Shown here in pieces: positions 47,006 through 56,643 of a stretch of DNA of 64,000 nt. The translations under genes and the position numbers were made by a program. This DNA is from an uncultured Bacteroidia bacterium (GTDB lineage Bacteria; Bacteroidota; Bacteroidia; J057), in the NCBI GenBank assembly GCA_964652565.1, contig CAZZEC010000010.1, positions 194 through 64,193 of the forward strand, in the 5' to 3' direction. Each line of letters starts with the position of its first letter. Within the stretch, counting starts at the first letter, position 1. The notes beneath the pieces are model-generated. The model did not search any database, was not told the origin of the DNA, and saw nothing but the letters and a program-made list of their open reading frames with translations.

Positions 47006-48505
47006 ATGATTGATCTACCCCAACTTGACCGAGAACAGTATCAAATACATACTTCTCATCCCTATCCAGAATTTCCCATTAAAATCCTCCAATTTGGTAC
47101 AGGTGCCTTCCTTCGGGGATTTGTAGCAGATTACATTCATCGTGCCAATGAACAAGGCTTTTTCCAGGGCCAAATAGTAGCAATAGGCTCAACAGGGTCT
47201 GGAAGGGTCAATATCATTAACACACAACAGGGTGTGTTCACACATCAGATTGAAGGACTTGACTCTGGAAAAGTAGTTCGAAAAAGCTACCTGAATACGG
47301 CTCTATCACATGCTTATAGCGCATCTACAGATTGGGAACAAGTATTGCATGTAGCTGATAAAGAAGAGCTATCTGTAGTTATCTCAAATACTACCGAGGC
47401 TGGACTCAAATACCAGCCCGACCAACTGGATGCTCATCCTCCTCAAAGTTTTCCAGGAAAACTTACAGCATGTCTGTATCGTCGCTATCATACGTTTAAT
47501 GGAGATCTTCAAAAGGGATTGATCTTACTTCCCTGCGAGCTATTGACCAATAATGGTGATCTATTAAGGCAGATTATCATTCAACAGGCTGAGGAACATC
47601 AATTAGAAGCAGCATTTATCGATTGGGTACGTGATGCTAATACATTCTGTAATACGTTGGTAGATAGAATAGTTACCGGTACTCCCAAAGATTCCAAACT
47701 AGAGGAATCTTTAAAAGAACTGGAGTATAATGATCAGCTATTTACACTAACTGAACCATTTACCTTTTGGGCTATAGAAGGTCCAGATACGTTGAAAGAT
47801 GATTTGCCATTTACTGCTGTCGACTCTTCCATTTTACTCACGACTGATATTTCCCCATTTCGCGAACGAAAGCTGCGCTTACTCAATGGTGCACACACAA
47901 TCAGCGTAGCATTGGGATATTTACACGGACTCAATACTATTAGACAATGTATGGAAGATCCTTTGATGAAGCAGTTTATTGAACGAGTATTATACGAAGA
48001 GATCCTTTTGTCTTTACCTAATGATATACAAGGTGCTTCTCAGTTTGCGAAAGATGTATTGGACCGATTCAGTAACCCTTTTCTAGCACATCGCTTGTTG
48101 GACATTTCCATGCAATACACCAGTAAAATGAAGATGAGAATTGTTCCCACATTCACAAGATACCATGAAAAGTTTGCATCGATCCCCAAATTCATGACGC
48201 TGGGATTTGCAGCATATTTATATTTCCTGAAACCCGTAGATATAGAGGGAGATACTTACAAAGGCTACAGAAGTGGTGAAGCTTATTATATTAAAGACGA
48301 ACAAGCCCTGACTTTCTCTCAGCTATGGAATACGTATCGACCTGATATAATCGAGAAATGGCTCACAGATTTGTTGGCAAGAGAAGATCTCTGGGGGCTT
48401 AATCTCAATCAACTGGGTGATTTCCATGCAAAAACTATTGCTTATCTTAAGGATTTTGAGAAAATGGGGGTTACATCTACATTATCCCATGCTTTGAATA
48501 CTTAA
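47006..48505 (+). CDS. uxaB: tagaturonate reductase (altronate oxidoreductase), mannitol dehydrogenase family
   Basis: 499 aa. ILQFGTGAFLRGFVADYI and VISNTTEAGLKY...FPGKLTACLYRRY align by eye with E. coli UxaB (IIQFGEGNFLRAFVDW, FSNTTEAGISY). Confidence 0.8.
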   Translation: MIDLPQLDREQYQIHTSHPYPEFPIKILQFGTGAFLRGFVADYIHRANEQGFFQGQIVAIGSTGSGRVNIINTQQGVFTHQIEGLDSGKVVRKSYLNTALSHAYSASTDWEQVLHVADKEELSVVISNTTEAGLKYQPDQLDAHPPQSFPGKLTACLYRRYHTFNGDLQKGLILLPCELLTNNGDLLRQIIIQQAEEHQLEAAFIDWVRDANTFCNTLVDRIVTGTPKDSKLEESLKELEYNDQLFTLTEPFTFWAIEGPDTLKDDLPFTAVDSSILLTTDISPFRERKLRLLNGAHTISVALGYLHGLNTIRQCMEDPLMKQFIERVLYEEILLSLPNDIQGASQFAKDVLDRFSNPFLAHRLLDISMQYTSKMKMRIVPTFTRYHEKFASIPKFMTLGFAAYLYFLKPVDIEGDTYKGYRSGEAYYIKDEQALTFSQLWNTYRPDIIEKWLTDLLAREDLWGLNLNQLGDFHAKTIAYLKDFEKMGVTSTLSHALNT

Positions 48506-48657
48506 TATACTGAAAGCATCATGACACAGACTATCACAAAATGAACATGAGAGTAGCAGGATCCAGAAGAGACAATACGCAATAAATTATCTCTAAACTG
48601 GCTCCTGCTAACCCTCGTCTTAACATCCTGAACCTATTACAAATCCCAATTTCTTAT

Positions 48658-51600
48658 TTATTTTTTTACGATCTTACTTTTATAAGTGTAAATCCCGTCT
48701 GTAATTGTCAATATATAGATACCTGAAGGAAGACTCCTGGTTGATACTACATGTTCTCTTCCAAGATTAGCATTATTCAGTTGCTGTAGAGATACAACAT
48801 GTCCTAACATGTCTACAAAGCTAATTTCCACACGTGAATCAAACGTTCGGTTCAAATTTACATATAGCTGGTCTCTCACTGGATTAGGATAATGCGTGGC
48901 AAATACAGCGGAACTTGTACCTAATACTACTTCAATGATATTGGAATATTCATATTTTCCATCAATATCGAACTGTTTTAACCGATAATAAACAATTCCT
49001 TCACCCAAATACGTATCAGCATAAGAATAATAAGTTGGATCAGTAGTTGTACCCTCTCCATTTACTGTACCTATACCAGTAAATTCATCGCCATCTACAC
49101 TTCTCTGTATCTCAAAATGTGAATTGTTTGTCTCAGTAGCAGTAATCCAAGTAAGACGAACCTGCTGTTGGTGTGCTTCCCCTTCAAAAGAAAGATATTC
49201 TACCGGAAGTATCCCTTGTTCTTGATATTCCTCCACCTCACATGTTACAATTAAAGCGTAATCTTCAACCTCCCCTTTTATGTCCTGAGTATCGTAGGAC
49301 ACATTCTCTTCATTCGACAACCTGAAGCGAACAAATACTTCTTTACCGCATAAATCAAATGAGGTAGGTATTCTAAGAGGTATTTGGGTTTCTGCAGAAG
49401 AATAGGTCCCGGATTGATCGAAAGGAATATCATTGATCAATTGTGTTTCAAAAGTGCCATCAATATCTGTATCGGCCCAAGCTGATAAATAATACGTAAC
49501 ACCAGAACTATTCTGAATATTTACTGTAAAATGTTTATCTGTTCCGGGCCTGATTAATGGTCCATCAAAGAAGATCACACCATCCTCATCATCTTCTCCC
49601 TGTGTATCGTCCCCTGTGGCAAAAGATGTATGCTGAGTTCCAGATTCACTATCTACCGTATTTCCAATGCTTACCCCATCCTGGATCTCATGGGAGGCAT
49701 CTCCATATATTAATGGAGCATCTCCATAATCAAACGCTCCTCCCTGATCACAATTAATCGTAAACATATAATCTTCTACTTCACCTGTAACACCAGTTCC
49801 ATATGCACCAATTCCTGGATCACTCAATAATCTTGCTCTCATAAAGGTCTGCCCACAAACGGCATCCTCAGGGATAGTAAAATGTACCGTCCGGTAAAAT
49901 ACCTCTCCTGAAGGTTTATTGGGATTGTCAAACTCCTCATCAAAGATGATATGCTCATTTTCATCCTGAAAATCACCATCTCCGTTGAAGTCCATCCATA
50001 TGTTTACAAATACATCCTGTAGTTCACTATATACGACAATATCCAGCGATTTTGTTTCGCCTGGAGCTGCAATAGCTCCTCCAGGAAATGTTATCCCATC
50101 TTCATCATTCATCACATCATTATCGTCTCCACATGCGTGAACTGTGTAGAAAGGGTCCGTTTCAAAATCGATCAAACTCCCCATATAAGTGATAAGTCCT
50201 CCTCTACTAGCATCATAAATATGGCTGGCCGATTGATAACTTTCAGGTGCATCACCGAAATCATCACCATATGTGAGCACGGGAAAGATACAACCGTTAA
50301 ATGGGTGATGATGTATTTGAGCCTGGGAATATGAGTCGACACTTTTAGCTATTACCTGCCCCCATATTTCACCACTCGTAGATTGAAAATCTGCGCTGGG
50401 TGCGAGTATACTCCCTTTCATACTTCTTACAGATACATAACTAGCTTCATAAAAATTAAACATAATTCGGTTGGTATGGCTATCAAATCCCTCCCAACCA
50501 AAACTCCCTAACTCTACTTGCTCTCCTCCAACATTGATAATCACTGTAGCCCCCATTGATACATCCTGTAATGTAAAAGTAGCAACTGATGAAAAATCAG
50601 ATTCATTCAGGAAAAACACCGTTGTTCCCGTATATCCAGCGCCATTACCTGTTAGTATCAACTCATTACCGGTCTTGTGATACGTTCCCTCCAATATGGT
50701 CTCTTGAATATTCGAAGTCAATTGTGCAAGTCCCAGAGACAACCTGTCCATTTGGAATTTGACAAAACTAAAATCAAAAGGCGGGGGCAAGCGATAAGAA
50801 TCTGCATTGTCTTCATTGATATTCACATGACCATCACTTCCCAGTACAGTAAATCCTCCGCCATCTAACAAGAAGTTCCCTGTGAAAGAGAGTCCACCAT
50901 GATTAACCTGTACTCCTGAGGAAGCAATAATATCACCTCCTACAATTAAATCCGCCCTAGATGGATCACTCTCCAGGTTTTTACTCCCCAACTCATTGTG
51001 ATCCTGGCCAATTTGCATGCTATATAATTGTACATTGCCTCCAACCGCTACTCTACCCTGTACGGCATCTGTCATAGAAGATATATCCTCAAATATGAGT
51101 AGGTTATAGGGTGCAGCAGCTCCCAACACCCCTTCACATTCATCATTGGATATTACCTGACAATTATCTACAACTATTTCAACTTTTGATTGATACGTAC
51201 AATCTCCAATATTCGCTGTCAATGTATACTCAGTTGTGCGTGTGGGCTGAACGACAATTTTAGGTTGCATACTTCCAATACTCCATTCATATTCAAGCTC
51301 TAATGCACCCTCTTCCCAGGCAACATGCTGTACAAAAGTAGCATCCTCCTCCTCTGCATCAGATTCTGGCTCATCTACCACGAACAAATTATTACTCAAT
51401 AATCGTATGTATTTATTAGGGGATTCAACTGACTCGAATGAGATACCTTCAGAACTTCCAAGACCCTCCCTAACATAAAAAGAGACAGATTCTTTCCATG
51501 AAGCAGTATTCTCTATGGGATGCAGCTTTAAGTATCCATTGGATTCACGGAGATAATATCCTGGTTGACTGATAGACTCAAATGAGATCCCCTTCTGATT

Positions 51601-52557
51601 ATACAGACCCTCAACGACCCTGAAAGAACTTCTTTCTTTATCAGCAGTACTACTCCCATCATTTATACTTACCAACCTTCCATAGGTAGACCATCCAGGT
51701 TTGTATATTACATTATGTCCCATGTATGATCCAGGATTAGATAGTGATTCAAAAGATTGGTAAGCCCCTCCAATGATACTTGCAATTTCACCCGAACAGA
51801 TATTTTGGTCTAAACTGGTAAACACCCAAGGCTCAGAAATAACTTCTTTCTTTATCACATTCGACTCCCCTGGATATACATCACATATTCCTCTTCTGGC
51901 ACATCTGATGTAGTAGTTCGTCTGGGCAATAGGATCTGGATCCAAAGTTGGGCTATTACTATTCGGGATCTCAGACCATTCACTGCTATTACTGCCAGTG
52001 AAAATAGATGTGGTAGTACTTTTCATCCATACATATTCCAACGTTCCACTTCCTCCTGAAGGCAAGGTTTCATTATAAATGATCCCAGGGTCATATGCTC
52101 CGCATTGTGCTTCGTGTCCACCAATATGACCACCATTAGAGACGTTATCACATACATCTACACTCAGCGTATATATATCACTGATGGTACCTTCTCCATT
52201 TGGTTCCGTATAGGTCTTTATTGTAATAATATATGATCCTGGTTGAGGAGTCCAGGAAGTATTCTCATCAGGGAACATGTAATGTGCACTATTATCAATT
52301 ACAGTTGATGAAGTTTCTCCATCTACCTGGATTTCCACACTTCCTGGATTACCAGATACAGTTACCATTAAATTGAAAGGACGAGGAAGTTTAGATAGAG
52401 ACAATAGGTCTCCACTTTCGAGTTTTTGATGAATTTCTTCATCATCAAGGTCATAAAGATATACATGTTGTATATCATTGTTTCCAGGCATTGCTAACAG
52501 ATACAAGGGACAAATACATACTGTACACAGTATGAAAAAATACTGAATCCTAGTCAT
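48658..52557 (-). CDS. giant secreted T9SS cargo protein: Ig-like N-terminus, Cys-containing adhesin-type module, AbfB/CBM42-like beta-trefoil, choice-of-anchor-A domain, 2x GEVED domains, FN3-like domain, T9SS CTD
   Basis: 1299 aa with a signal peptide. Three SFES..PG.Y.R trefoil subrepeats (aa about 262-410). CEGVLGAAAPYNLLIFEDISS..VQGRVAVGGN (choice-of-anchor A). Two ...GEVEDY... termini. Tail HYPNPVRDQLYVNL...LPSGIYILTITDGIYTYKSKIVKK. Confidence 0.8.
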   Translation of the reverse strand: MTRIQYFFILCTVCICPLYLLAMPGNNDIQHVYLYDLDDEEIHQKLESGDLLSLSKLPRPFNLMVTVSGNPGSVEIQVDGETSSTVIDNSAHYMFPDENTSWTPQPGSYIITIKTYTEPNGEGTISDIYTLSVDVCDNVSNGGHIGGHEAQCGAYDPGIIYNETLPSGGSGTLEYVWMKSTTTSIFTGSNSSEWSEIPNSNSPTLDPDPIAQTNYYIRCARRGICDVYPGESNVIKKEVISEPWVFTSLDQNICSGEIASIIGGAYQSFESLSNPGSYMGHNVIYKPGWSTYGRLVSINDGSSTADKERSSFRVVEGLYNQKGISFESISQPGYYLRESNGYLKLHPIENTASWKESVSFYVREGLGSSEGISFESVESPNKYIRLLSNNLFVVDEPESDAEEEDATFVQHVAWEEGALELEYEWSIGSMQPKIVVQPTRTTEYTLTANIGDCTYQSKVEIVVDNCQVISNDECEGVLGAAAPYNLLIFEDISSMTDAVQGRVAVGGNVQLYSMQIGQDHNELGSKNLESDPSRADLIVGGDIIASSGVQVNHGGLSFTGNFLLDGGGFTVLGSDGHVNINEDNADSYRLPPPFDFSFVKFQMDRLSLGLAQLTSNIQETILEGTYHKTGNELILTGNGAGYTGTTVFFLNESDFSSVATFTLQDVSMGATVIINVGGEQVELGSFGWEGFDSHTNRIMFNFYEASYVSVRSMKGSILAPSADFQSTSGEIWGQVIAKSVDSYSQAQIHHHPFNGCIFPVLTYGDDFGDAPESYQSASHIYDASRGGLITYMGSLIDFETDPFYTVHACGDDNDVMNDEDGITFPGGAIAAPGETKSLDIVVYSELQDVFVNIWMDFNGDGDFQDENEHIIFDEEFDNPNKPSGEVFYRTVHFTIPEDAVCGQTFMRARLLSDPGIGAYGTGVTGEVEDYMFTINCDQGGAFDYGDAPLIYGDASHEIQDGVSIGNTVDSESGTQHTSFATGDDTQGEDDEDGVIFFDGPLIRPGTDKHFTVNIQNSSGVTYYLSAWADTDIDGTFETQLINDIPFDQSGTYSSAETQIPLRIPTSFDLCGKEVFVRFRLSNEENVSYDTQDIKGEVEDYALIVTCEVEEYQEQGILPVEYLSFEGEAHQQQVRLTWITATETNNSHFEIQRSVDGDEFTGIGTVNGEGTTTDPTYYSYADTYLGEGIVYYRLKQFDIDGKYEYSNIIEVVLGTSSAVFATHYPNPVRDQLYVNLNRTFDSRVEISFVDMLGHVVSLQQLNNANLGREHVVSTRSLPSGIYILTITDGIYTYKSKIVKK

Positions 52558-53244
52558 TGGTTGCTTTGCTTTATTTGGTTTCTATTCACCGATGTGCAAA
52601 GCAATGATTACTATAGTTGGCTTAAAGTGCATTGTGCTCCTGCACAAAATAACTGTGTTATTCTTTATTAAATACTTAAGTGTGAATGGGCAATATTTCC
52701 TTTAAAGGGCTTATTATTCTTTTACTGTGATGTAAAATTAGTAAAAAAAATATAAATAGGAAATTTTAAATAACATTTTATTTCAAATAATAATATTATC
52801 AAATACAAATTTAAGTCGCTAAATCACTTACAGCTAAATCATTGATAATTAATGTATTATATGCGTTCTTATATTTTATATTTCAAACTATCATTATATT
52901 AATTTCACTTCTTAATACCATGTATAGAAAAATAATATACTGTAATATTTATGTGCAAAAATATTAATTGTCTTTATATAGTATATTATGACACAAATAC
53001 GATATATCAATCATGTAAGTATCTAATACTCTCTTTCATTACCTCAATACTGATAATTAATAGGCTTGTCCATTCTTTATTTTCATTTTAGTATTTTATG
53101 AAATACTGTTTTTTGCATACTCGATGTATAACATTATTGTCATTTAATGCTATTATCGAATTATCTATTTTTAGTTTTATGCGTGAATAAATATTTATTC
53201 CATATCATTTAATTCTCATTTCAAATAGCGCATAACCAAAAAGT

Positions 53245-53279
53245 AAAAACCCTGCATATGGACATCCACATATGCAGGG
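53245..53279 (-). terminator. Rho-independent terminator downstream of the 1110-aa paralog
   Basis: The minus strand reads CCCTGCATATG-TGGATGTC-CATATGCAGGG followed by TTTTT. It is an 11-bp perfect stem that starts about 32 nt after the stop at 53311. Confidence 0.65.
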
Positions 53280-53310
53280 CTTACTGAGAGAGTAAAGGTG
53301 AGTATGATGT

Positions 53311-56300
53311 CTAATGCTTAAGGAGCCTTTGAGTGTGTATGTAGCCTTCTTGAGACCAATGAATTATGTAAATCCCTGATGGAAGATCAGATACATCAAA
53401 TGGGTAAGAATATGTTCCAATTACTATTGGGGTCTGAACGTCGAAAACAAGTTTACCTGAAAGCGTATAAATATTGAGGGAAGCCTCTCCCAAATTTGTA
53501 CTTTTAGCCTTAATCCAAAACTTACCATCTGTAGGTGAAGGATATGCTCGAATTATTCTCATAGTATGTTGAGAACTAATTGAAATAGATACAATATTTG
53601 AGTAATCATATGATCCATCAAAATCAACCTGCTTTATTCTATAGTATTGAGTACCTGAGATAGTTTGCTTATCTACTAAGGAATAATATTGTATTTCATT
53701 ACTATTACCAGCACCCTCCTGTGTACCTATTGTTTGAAAGTGTACACTATCAGAACTTCTCTGAACTTCAAAATACGAATTATTTATCTCAGATGCAGTA
53801 ACCCAACTAACTCGAACTCCATCATTCTCCTCTTTTGTACTAACAGATAACCAATCTACTGGTAAAATACCTTGTTCTATATAGAATTCTTCCTCACAAG
53901 ATACAATCAATGCATAATCTTCTACCTCTCCTTCTACTTCCCCTCCAGATGCTCCAACTCCAGGTACATCTGATAATCTAAACCTTACAATCACGACTTC
54001 ACCGCATAATTCTTCATTATCAGGTATTGTAATAGATGGCCCATTAAATGATTGATTAGTTCCTATTCCAAAAGCCTGGTCAAAAATAAACTGAGAATCA
54101 AATGCTCCATCCGCATCTGTATCGATCCATGCAGACAAGTAAAAGGTCTTATCAGATTCGTTGTTAATTGTTACAGTATACAACTTATCCTGAAAAGAAC
54201 CGTTTTCCTGAGTTATGATAGGTCCATTACCAAAGACCACCCCGTCTTCATCATCTTCCCCATTTTGATCATCACCATTTGCAAATATTGTACCTTGGTT
54301 TCCTTCTTCAGAGTCAACAATATCTCCCAACGATGTTACACCATTCACTTTATGTGATGAGATACCATAGGTTGAAGGCGCATCCCCAAAGTCATACTCT
54401 CCCCCTTGAATACATATGACTGTGAATACATAATCTTCTACTTCTCCTTTATATTCTTGCCCTGTGGGAATAGTTGTGGGATCACTTTCCAATCTAACTC
54501 GTAAATAGGTATCTCCACATTTAGCATCCTCTGGAACTGTAAACTGAACGGATCTGTTATACACAAAATTTACCGGATCATGCAGATTCTGATCAAATTC
54601 TTCGTTTTCTACCACTCGCTCCTCTTCAGGATCAAATACACCATCCTGATTAAAATCTACCCAAATGTTTACAAATACATCCTGAAAATTACTAAATACC
54701 GTTATCTCAAGTGTTTTACTTTCTCCAGGAGAAGCTAAGGCACCCCCGATAAATTCGATTCCATTTTCATCGTCAAGATTATCAAAATCGTCTCCTCCTG
54801 CATCATTAGTTTCAAATCCTGATGATTCATAATCCACTGAGGTACCTAGATAAGATATCAGAGAAGAGTTTCCATTATATATATGCCAAGCCTGTCCATA
54901 ACTTGCAGGGGCATCTCCATAATCAATACCCTGAGCAACCACTGGAGAAATACATCTTCTAAATGGTACATTGTATAAGGTAAAATCATCCAAGACGCTA
55001 ACTGTATTTACAATAAGTTGTCCCTGCATTGAGAAATTACTGGCATTTAATGCAGCTTGAGGAGCGAGAATGGTTCCGTAAAAATTTCCTACTCTCAGTG
55101 ATTGCGCTTCATAAAAATTAAATATCACCTGTCCTGCAAAAGTCTCCATAGCGCCAAAATCTATATTCTCTAAATCAAATACACTACCTGCAATATTGAT
55201 AACTAGCGTTGCATGAGCCCCTATTTCGGCTAACTCAACTTTATCAGCTCCAGAAAACTCCGTTCCTTCGAGTAAAAAAAGATAGATCTCTTTATCTTCC
55301 TCCTGCCCATCGAATACTAACGTAGAACCTTCTAATTCTGCATTGCCCTCTATAGCCGAGGAGAAAGATTCAGCATCCAGAGAAACTAAAGATTGAGAAA
55401 ATTCACTCATCTGAAACCGAACATAGGCGAAATCAAAAGGAGGAGTTTGCCGATATTTATCTACTAGACCTAAATCTAAATCAGCTAAATATAACTCTTC
55501 ATTGTGTGCTTCAGGATCAAATACGGTAATCGACCCACTAAAACCACCAGTAAAGCTGAACCTTCCATGACCAATTTGCGCATTTTGAGAATTTCCTATA
55601 TCAGCTCCAACAACTAATGTCCTGGATGTAGCGTCATCTTCCAGATTATTTCCCGATTCAAAATCCTGACCTATATTAGCATTCAAGTCAGAAAGGTTCC
55701 CACCAACGGCAACTTTACCTTGAACTGCCCCCCCACTGCTACCACCTATTTGAGTAGCATTCCCCAATACCATAAGATTGTACGAGCTTGCAGCCCCTAA
55801 ACCACCTTCGCAATAAAAAGGATCACTTTGTTGATCATCACATCCTCCAGTGTCATATATTTCTTCGCTAAGTGCATAGGCGAAGGCCTGCCTAAGTAAT
55901 ATGTAGATTTCCTCACTGAATGACTCCTGTTCTTGAGCCCTTGCAAAAAATCCAATTCTCTTATTTACCACTAGCGAGCCATCAACCAAGACATCACCTG
56001 GATCGTAACTAAAGATCGATAGGTGTTCATTGTTATCTGAGAGAGAGGCAATTCGATCGGCGCAGACAGATGGTTTTCCCCAGCCTAATGATTTACTCTC
56101 CGAACCAAATACATTGACAATACCTATTTCAAATCCGTTTACAATGGGATGTTCATCATCTAGTATTTGTATATCGGATGCAAAAGAACTTCCCAGATCA
56201 CTACCAGAAGTAAGCTTCATATCGTCAAATAATAAATGTTCTCCCAATATTATAGGTATATCAGCTTCTAATAACGTGTTACCGATATCACCAGAAGAAA

Positions 56301-56643
56301 CACTAGAGGATATATAAATGATATCTGTTTCACCTATGTCATCCACCGTAAACTGACCACTTTGGGTTACTTGCTCAAATGTAACTTCGTATCCCCATGC
56401 TTCAATGTTATTGATAATTTGCTGATCATCATCAATATCTCCATTTCCTCCGATATATAATACAGCGGGATTGATCCATTTGTCTGTGTCGGAATAAGGC
56501 TCAACAATTGATGGAAGATGTACTTCCAATTTCTCTGATGACAATAGAGAATCTGTGCATAGGGGCAGTGTGTAGGCATATCCCCAGATAGGGGACAAGA
56601 CGGTAGATGCTACTGTCAAAAGTAGCAGTTTGAGACGATTCAT
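53311..56643 (-). CDS. giant secreted T9SS cargo protein, paralog of 48658-52557: unknown alpha/beta-looking N-terminal module, choice-of-anchor-A domain, 2x GEVED, FN3-like, T9SS CTD
   Basis: 1110 aa with a signal peptide. From CEGGLGAASSYNLMVLG onward (aa 278-1110) it is collinear with aa 474-1299 of the neighbour. Two GEVEDY motifs. Tail AYPSPTDGKFWIKA...LPSGIYIIHWSQEGYIHTQRLLKH. Confidence 0.8.
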   Translation of the reverse strand: MNRLKLLLLTVASTVLSPIWGYAYTLPLCTDSLLSSEKLEVHLPSIVEPYSDTDKWINPAVLYIGGNGDIDDDQQIINNIEAWGYEVTFEQVTQSGQFTVDDIGETDIIYISSSVSSGDIGNTLLEADIPIILGEHLLFDDMKLTSGSDLGSSFASDIQILDDEHPIVNGFEIGIVNVFGSESKSLGWGKPSVCADRIASLSDNNEHLSIFSYDPGDVLVDGSLVVNKRIGFFARAQEQESFSEEIYILLRQAFAYALSEEIYDTGGCDDQQSDPFYCEGGLGAASSYNLMVLGNATQIGGSSGGAVQGKVAVGGNLSDLNANIGQDFESGNNLEDDATSRTLVVGADIGNSQNAQIGHGRFSFTGGFSGSITVFDPEAHNEELYLADLDLGLVDKYRQTPPFDFAYVRFQMSEFSQSLVSLDAESFSSAIEGNAELEGSTLVFDGQEEDKEIYLFLLEGTEFSGADKVELAEIGAHATLVINIAGSVFDLENIDFGAMETFAGQVIFNFYEAQSLRVGNFYGTILAPQAALNASNFSMQGQLIVNTVSVLDDFTLYNVPFRRCISPVVAQGIDYGDAPASYGQAWHIYNGNSSLISYLGTSVDYESSGFETNDAGGDDFDNLDDENGIEFIGGALASPGESKTLEITVFSNFQDVFVNIWVDFNQDGVFDPEEERVVENEEFDQNLHDPVNFVYNRSVQFTVPEDAKCGDTYLRVRLESDPTTIPTGQEYKGEVEDYVFTVICIQGGEYDFGDAPSTYGISSHKVNGVTSLGDIVDSEEGNQGTIFANGDDQNGEDDEDGVVFGNGPIITQENGSFQDKLYTVTINNESDKTFYLSAWIDTDADGAFDSQFIFDQAFGIGTNQSFNGPSITIPDNEELCGEVVIVRFRLSDVPGVGASGGEVEGEVEDYALIVSCEEEFYIEQGILPVDWLSVSTKEENDGVRVSWVTASEINNSYFEVQRSSDSVHFQTIGTQEGAGNSNEIQYYSLVDKQTISGTQYYRIKQVDFDGSYDYSNIVSISISSQHTMRIIRAYPSPTDGKFWIKAKSTNLGEASLNIYTLSGKLVFDVQTPIVIGTYSYPFDVSDLPSGIYIIHWSQEGYIHTQRLLKH

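Noticed and set aside
52931-52989. Invertible-promoter (phase-variation) interpretation of the 10-bp inverted repeat in the AT-rich leader
   Set aside because: The repeat is short and AT-only in a region of about 20% G+C, so it is plausible by chance. The enclosed segment is only 38 nt, and no recombinase or invertase gene is present in the window.
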